IMG/VR virus record: IMGVR_UViG_3300042363_001351
Location: 1 to 64,000 of that record
DNA: 64,000 nt
Source of the DNA: a virus
Taxonomy: Duplodnaviria; Caudoviricetes
Reading direction: 5' to 3' (one strand)
The notes under the pieces were generated by a model. That model was not told the origin of the DNA. It saw only the letters and a program-made list of their open reading frames with translations, and did not search any database. Positions 59,912 through 64,000 of this stretch are shown piece after piece; within the stretch, counting starts at the first letter, position 1; each line of letters starts with the position of its first letter. The position numbers and the translations under genes are program-made.

Positions 59912-60655
59912 TTCTTTACAATTATTCTGTTCATATATCCCATCAAGCTTATCCTGTTGAAGATACTTGATGGGATCTCTATACCCAGCACTAATAAATC
60001 CTTGAACGCGCATGCTACTTGAAGGTGTAGTTGCATCAGCAAGACCATCCTCACGATTACTATAGCATGTCCATGTGTTCTCGAACTGTACACCTAATTT
60101 CACACCTTCCTGTACTATTTCTGCTTTCGACAAGGAGAGCAATGGAGCTTCAATGAGGATCCTATGTTGTCTGTTAAGAGCTGTTAGCTGATTTATACTA
60201 TCAACAAACTCTTGGCTTCCATCCCAGTAACCAGCTAGTGAGTCTACTTGCGCAGCACCGTACCAAACCGAGTCTGCACCGAGACTTTCCGCGTAAGCGC
60301 AGCAAATTGTAATAAACATTTGATTACGAAACGGAACATATGAAACAGGTTGTGCATCACCAGCAATTTTACTTATATCAGGATTATCTATATCTAAGTT
60401 AGTAAGTGAAGACGTAGGAGAAATATCCTTAAGGTATCTTACATCCAATACCTTATTTGTAAATTTAACATTAGGAAATTTCTCTTCAAGATCCCATTTC
60501 TGAAGCGGTACACACTGCATTTCGCGACGATGCCTCTGACCGTAATCAAAAGTAACGGTATGAATTTCTTCATAACCTCTCTCTGCTGCCATAAAAAGAA
60601 GTACAGAACTATCCATACCTCCAGAAAACGCTAATACAAGTTTTTTATGCTTCAT
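59906..60655 (-). CDS. queC: QueC-family (7-cyano-7-deazaguanine synthase-like) PP-loop ATPase with degenerate Zn site
   Basis: SGGMDS, FDYGQRH, YVPFRN, APLL.LSK.EI, TWTCY; the CxxCxxC motif is replaced by DATTPSS. Confidence 0.85.
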   Translation of the reverse strand: MKHKKLVLAFSGGMDSSVLLFMAAERGYEEIHTVTFDYGQRHRREMQCVPLQKWDLEEKFPNVKFTNKVLDVRYLKDISPTSSLTNLDIDNPDISKIAGDAQPVSYVPFRNQMFITICCAYAESLGADSVWYGAAQVDSLAGYWDGSQEFVDSINQLTALNRQHRILIEAPLLSLSKAEIVQEGVKLGVQFENTWTCYSNREDGLADATTPSSSMRVQGFISAGYRDPIKYLQQDKLDGIYEQNNCKEL

Positions 60656-61739
60656 CGTTTATTTCTTCTGGTGTTTCTTCTTCAAGGTTACTATATGACC
60701 ATTCTTTCTTGATTCTCTCTTCTAGTTTAGGTAGGATGGTTTCTTCCCAAAGCTTACTATCTTTCCGCCACGATTTGTAATACCCTAATTTAGTGCCGTC
60801 TTCAAGAGCATATGTCGATCCGTTCTGAATAACTACTCCAAGACCGACCGCAAGATCAAGCATGCCGTAATACCTGTCCAATCCGTTAGCAAAGGATAAG
60901 TACATCTCACCTTCAAGATACTGTTTAATAAACCTGTTTTTACGTGTAAGAGCTCTAATAATAATTCCTGCATAAGATTTTTGACCTACGGCGAGTTCAC
61001 CGTCTGTTGTTTTACCATCATCCGACTTCATAGGCTTGCGTGCAAGCTGTACTGTAACTGATGGAAGATAGACGCACGCCTTACCACCCGGCATATGTTT
61101 CTCAATTGACGGAAACATTGCTGCGGGATCATCGTAAACATGATTAGTACAAAGAATAGTAGTCTGAGTAACAGCACCGAGGTTAGTACAAGTCTGCATT
61201 AGCGATTTCATAGCACGAGCTTTTGTACCCATATCTGCAGAAGTACTATCTTTACCCATTCGAGCTAGCTCAAGTTCTGATTGAAGATTACCTAAAGAGT
61301 CGATCGCAACAATAAACTTACCCTCAAGTTTCTTTTCTTTAACAGATGTAAGAAATTTAAAGAGAGCGTTACGTGTTTGTTCGATACTGATACACGGTAC
61401 ATACTTTACCTTACTAATATCTAGACCTAGTCGTTGGGCTCCTTCAGGATCAATAGCATTTTCAGTATCAAAAATTACTGGTATAAGACCTTCTTGTTGA
61501 GCCTTAGCGAGAATCTTTTGTACAAATAATGATTTACCTGTCATAGATTCACCAGCGAGCATAGTAACTCGACCCTTAGGAATACCACCATGAATAGAAC
61601 CAGAAATGATAGCATTAAGAACATAGCTACCTGTATCAACCCAACCACCGACACGGCTTAATGTACTATCACTTAGATAAGTAGCAAAAGGATTTACATC
61701 ATCGATCTCATTTAAAGCGCTTAAAATATCTTTATCCAT
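60645..61739 (-). CDS. uvsX: RecA-like recombinase UvsX (start corrected to 61739)
   Basis: DTGSYVLN.IISG...GG.P.GR, GESMTGKS, DTENA, IDSLGNL, DMG.KA, TNHVY. Confidence 0.95.
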   Translation of the reverse strand: MDKDILSALNEIDDVNPFATYLSDSTLSRVGGWVDTGSYVLNAIISGSIHGGIPKGRVTMLAGESMTGKSLFVQKILAKAQQEGLIPVIFDTENAIDPEGAQRLGLDISKVKYVPCISIEQTRNALFKFLTSVKEKKLEGKFIVAIDSLGNLQSELELARMGKDSTSADMGTKARAMKSLMQTCTNLGAVTQTTILCTNHVYDDPAAMFPSIEKHMPGGKACVYLPSVTVQLARKPMKSDDGKTTDGELAVGQKSYAGIIIRALTRKNRFIKQYLEGEMYLSFANGLDRYYGMLDLAVGLGVVIQNGSTYALEDGTKLGYYKSWRKDSKLWEETILPKLEERIKKEWSYSNLEEETPEEINDEA

Positions 61740-61764
61740 AAAAAAATTATATACTATATTTTTA

Positions 61765-61980
61765 TTAATCAAGAGTTTGATCTTCAACTATAACGTGTTG
61801 AGCTAAATCTTTACTAATAGCAACCTTAGCTCCACACAACATACAAATTATATTTTTACCACCCTGTAGCTTTGTAACGTTGAGCTTTTCGCAAAAACCT
61901 AAATCTCTTAAATTATTACAACCACCACTTAAAGAGGTAATAATTACACGATCGTTATTTTTAACATCGTTAAGATTCAT
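61765..61980 (-). CDS. feoA: FeoA-domain (SH3-like) protein
   Basis: M.L.D......V.I..L......LRDLGF.....V...........G.KVAISKDLA..VIV matches the FeoA consensus. Confidence 0.75.
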   Translation of the reverse strand: MNLNDVKNNDRVIITSLSGGCNNLRDLGFCEKLNVTKLQGGKNIICMLCGAKVAISKDLAQHVIVEDQTLD

Positions 61981-62023
61981 AAAAAAATACCTCTCGTATT
62001 ATACTAAGAAAATACGAGAGGTA
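61981..62023 (-). terminator. Intrinsic terminator-like hairpin abutting the feoA start
   Basis: Perfect 13-bp stem TACCTCTCGTATT/AATACGAGAGGTA, 10-nt loop, T7, then ATG on the minus strand. Confidence 0.8.
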
Positions 62024-62048
62024 AGTTGGAATTAAATTTATTTAAATA

Positions 62049-62393
62049 TTAATCTTCAAACAACCGGATTACTTCTGGCTCACCTTGTGGTGGTTGAGGT
62101 GGGGGAGTGTTAATATTGTTATATTGAGCAATAATTTTAGTATCCAGCTCAACTTCTGAAAGTACAATATGTGATTTATTAAAAGTCCAGTTATTCTTAT
62201 CACGAGATTCGGTGCTCAAGAACTCCATAAAAATATACGGAAAGGACTGAACCTGAAGCTGACCGTTTTGAGGGTTAGGCTGAACATGAATAATAACTGG
62301 GTTATTCAAGGTAATAGTTTTATCATCTTGACTAACCTCAGTACCGATAACCGTTCTACCGATGTGATCTACAATTGTTTTAATTTTACTCAT
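62049..62393 (-). CDS. Hypothetical protein, possible Sm-like fold
   Basis: G..VIG......ITL.NP..I.........P....pattern seen in small proteins near T4-like polymerases. Confidence 0.5.
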   Translation of the reverse strand: MSKIKTIVDHIGRTVIGTEVSQDDKTITLNNPVIIHVQPNPQNGQLQVQSFPYIFMEFLSTESRDKNNWTFNKSHIVLSEVELDTKIIAQYNNINTPPPQPPQGEPEVIRLFED

Positions 62394-62407
62394 ATAGTTA
62401 TATTAAT

Positions 62408-62650
62408 TTAGTTTTTGTTTTTTTCAACTTTTTTATCTAATACCTGATTAATTTCGTCACGCCATACTAAGAGAGCTCGTCTCATTTGCTCAATACCAGG
62501 GTGATTGTTAGCTCCAGTACCATTATCAAGACCCATCATAATGTCTGAGACGATCTTTAAAACAGAATTAATTCCTGAAACCTTACCTCTAAAATAAGCA
62601 GGGTGAGCTTTAGGCGTATCATCAAGTGCGGGTCTATCTAAGTATTCCAT
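62408..62650 (-). CDS. Hypothetical protein
   Basis: 80 aa ORF with TTGATT-N14-TATAAT-N7-ATG. Confidence 0.6.
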   Translation of the reverse strand: MEYLDRPALDDTPKAHPAYFRGKVSGINSVLKIVSDIMMGLDNGTGANNHPGIEQMRRALLVWRDEINQVLDKKVEKNKN

Positions 62651-62679
62651 ATGTTTAATTATAAGATATTATTTTTAAA

Positions 62680-63999
62680 TCAACTAAAAAGATCGAACAG
62701 TTCTGTTTGTACATTATCTGTAGGTTTTCTAATTTGCCATTTTACATTATCGTAAAATCTCTCAATAGAATTGTAAAGAATCTTTTCGAACATCTTTTCA
62801 TAATCAACTTTAAAAATATCATCATACTCTACCGGTCTATTGTATTTAAAACCTACAACATCAATACCATACTTGTTAGGTTGAAGTGTGTAATAGAATC
62901 TGATCTTATCTCCAGATGAAATTTCTTCGTATTTTTTATCTATGCTTAGTCTCTTATTAATAAAGTTATGAAGATAAGCAGCCTTAACATGAACAGGTGT
63001 TCCTTTCGCTATATTAAACTCCCTACACTTAGTAGCATATTTTTCATAACCCTTCACACCCATAACAAATGCAATATCTTCGATAGGTAGAGTCTTAAAC
63101 ACTTCATATGTTTCCTTCAATATATTATTAGTTTGATGATGAGACTGTGTGAGAAGCATTGTCTCTATTATCTTCTTTGCGTAAGGCTTGACTGCGTTAG
63201 GCATAGAGGTTCTAACAACTTCCACACCAGTATATTTAAATTTATCTACTTTAATGCCCTCATCGTCAAGTATGTGCATTACATATCGCTTTTTCTGTAA
63301 GAACAGACCAACATCCGCTATACATTCACGCTTGAAGACGAACCTACTATCTTTTGTTAATAGAGTTTTTTCAGCCCATGATGTAATATTATTGTTGAGA
63401 TAATCTTCAACGTCTTGAACGACGTTATAAAACTCAGGATTAATATCGGTACCTTTTTTAATAGGTACACGATCCTCTATACAATCTAAAGAGAAGTAGC
63501 ATGAATCTGTATCAGAATACACCCAGCTCTCTTCAAGAGTATTTTTATCTGTAATATTGAATTTGGTGGTAAGATAGTCCTGAAGAAATTTACCGGCTTG
63601 TTTAATAATAGCTTGACCTGTTAGAGTCACCGACGAAGCAATATCGTCGTCCCCGATGGGCGCTTGTTTGTTGCCCATGTATCCGTATGCAGAGTTAATA
63701 AGAATTTTAATAACCATTTGTTTAGTGTTAAGTCTCTCTACTTCATACTTTAATGAAGTATACTCCTCATCACTAGATTTAAGCTTTGCAAGCTGCTGCT
63801 TCGTTTCAAATAAGTCCTTCTTAATTTTTACTCGCTCATTGTAATAATAATCAAGAAACTCAGGTATAATACCTTTCTTCTTCTGAGTAAAAAGAAAACC
63901 TGCTTTTGTTAGGGAGCATTCTTCTGACTTAATAAATGTACTGAATTTATCCGGAGCTAACTCTATACATCTCCCTGAAACGTGATAGATGTTAATATT
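62680..63999 (-). CDS. gp43: Family B DNA polymerase (gp43-like), C-terminal part; gene starts beyond the window
   Basis: Frame is open to the window end (KGIIPEFL...R..IK); KILINSAYG, VTLTGQ, YSDTDS, KKRY, G.EVVRTS. Confidence 0.96.
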   Translation of the reverse strand, partial: NINIYHVSGRCIELAPDKFSTFIKSEECSLTKAGFLFTQKKKGIIPEFLDYYYNERVKIKKDLFETKQQLAKLKSSDEEYTSLKYEVERLNTKQMVIKILINSAYGYMGNKQAPIGDDDIASSVTLTGQAIIKQAGKFLQDYLTTKFNITDKNTLEESWVYSDTDSCYFSLDCIEDRVPIKKGTDINPEFYNVVQDVEDYLNNNITSWAEKTLLTKDSRFVFKRECIADVGLFLQKKRYVMHILDDEGIKVDKFKYTGVEVVRTSMPNAVKPYAKKIIETMLLTQSHHQTNNILKETYEVFKTLPIEDIAFVMGVKGYEKYATKCREFNIAKGTPVHVKAAYLHNFINKRLSIDKKYEEISSGDKIRFYYTLQPNKYGIDVVGFKYNRPVEYDDIFKVDYEKMFEKILYNSIERFYDNVKWQIRKPTDNVQTELFDLFS

Positions 64000-64000
64000 A

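Noticed and set aside
57420-60655. QatABCD or type IV CBASS defence locus
   Set aside because: No KAP ATPase, TatD, CD-NTase or TGT is nearby, and the context is a lytic phage replication core.
1-64000. Stop-codon reassignment (alternative genetic code)
   Set aside because: Core genes are full length under the standard code, coding density is high, and TAA, TGA and TAG all end genes at sensible positions.
1-64000. tRNA or rRNA genes
   Set aside because: Almost all intergenic gaps are under 70 nt, and the one larger gap (43383-43495) shows no cloverleaf or T-loop motif.

Overview
AT-rich segment of a large T4-like (myovirus) phage genome. No tRNA, rRNA, CRISPR array or integrase is visible. 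From left to right it holds: the end of a glycosyltransferase/sulfotransferase cluster; neck gp14 and terminase gp17; a tail module (gp3, sheath, tube, gp54/gp48-like, two gp26-like, tape measure, gp53, gp27-like, a transglycosylase-bearing protein); a displaced gp16; dUTPase; an inverted GIY-YIG endonuclease; clamp loader; baseplate gp25/gp6 with a long array of baseplate, fibre and lectin genes; and a minus-strand replication module (primase, RNase H, clamp, SSB, helicase, UvsX, family B polymerase cut off at the window end). Five observations stand out. (1) A cluster between uvsX and the helicase encodes a QueC paralog missing three of four Zn ligands, a helix-hairpin-helix protein, a class II glutamine amidotransferase and a GT-A glycosyltransferase; it is a candidate undescribed DNA or nucleotide modification system. 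(2) About 24 genes have a T4-late-type TAAATA box 5-7 nt before the start codon with no Shine-Dalgarno, and several replication genes have a -10 box at the same distance, suggesting widespread leaderless expression. (3) The acidic tail of gp32 lies in the -1 frame. (4) A stand-alone feoA lies directly behind a terminator hairpin. (5) Several isolated late genes have capsid-targeting-like N-termini. All family assignments come from motif recognition by eye, not from database searches.
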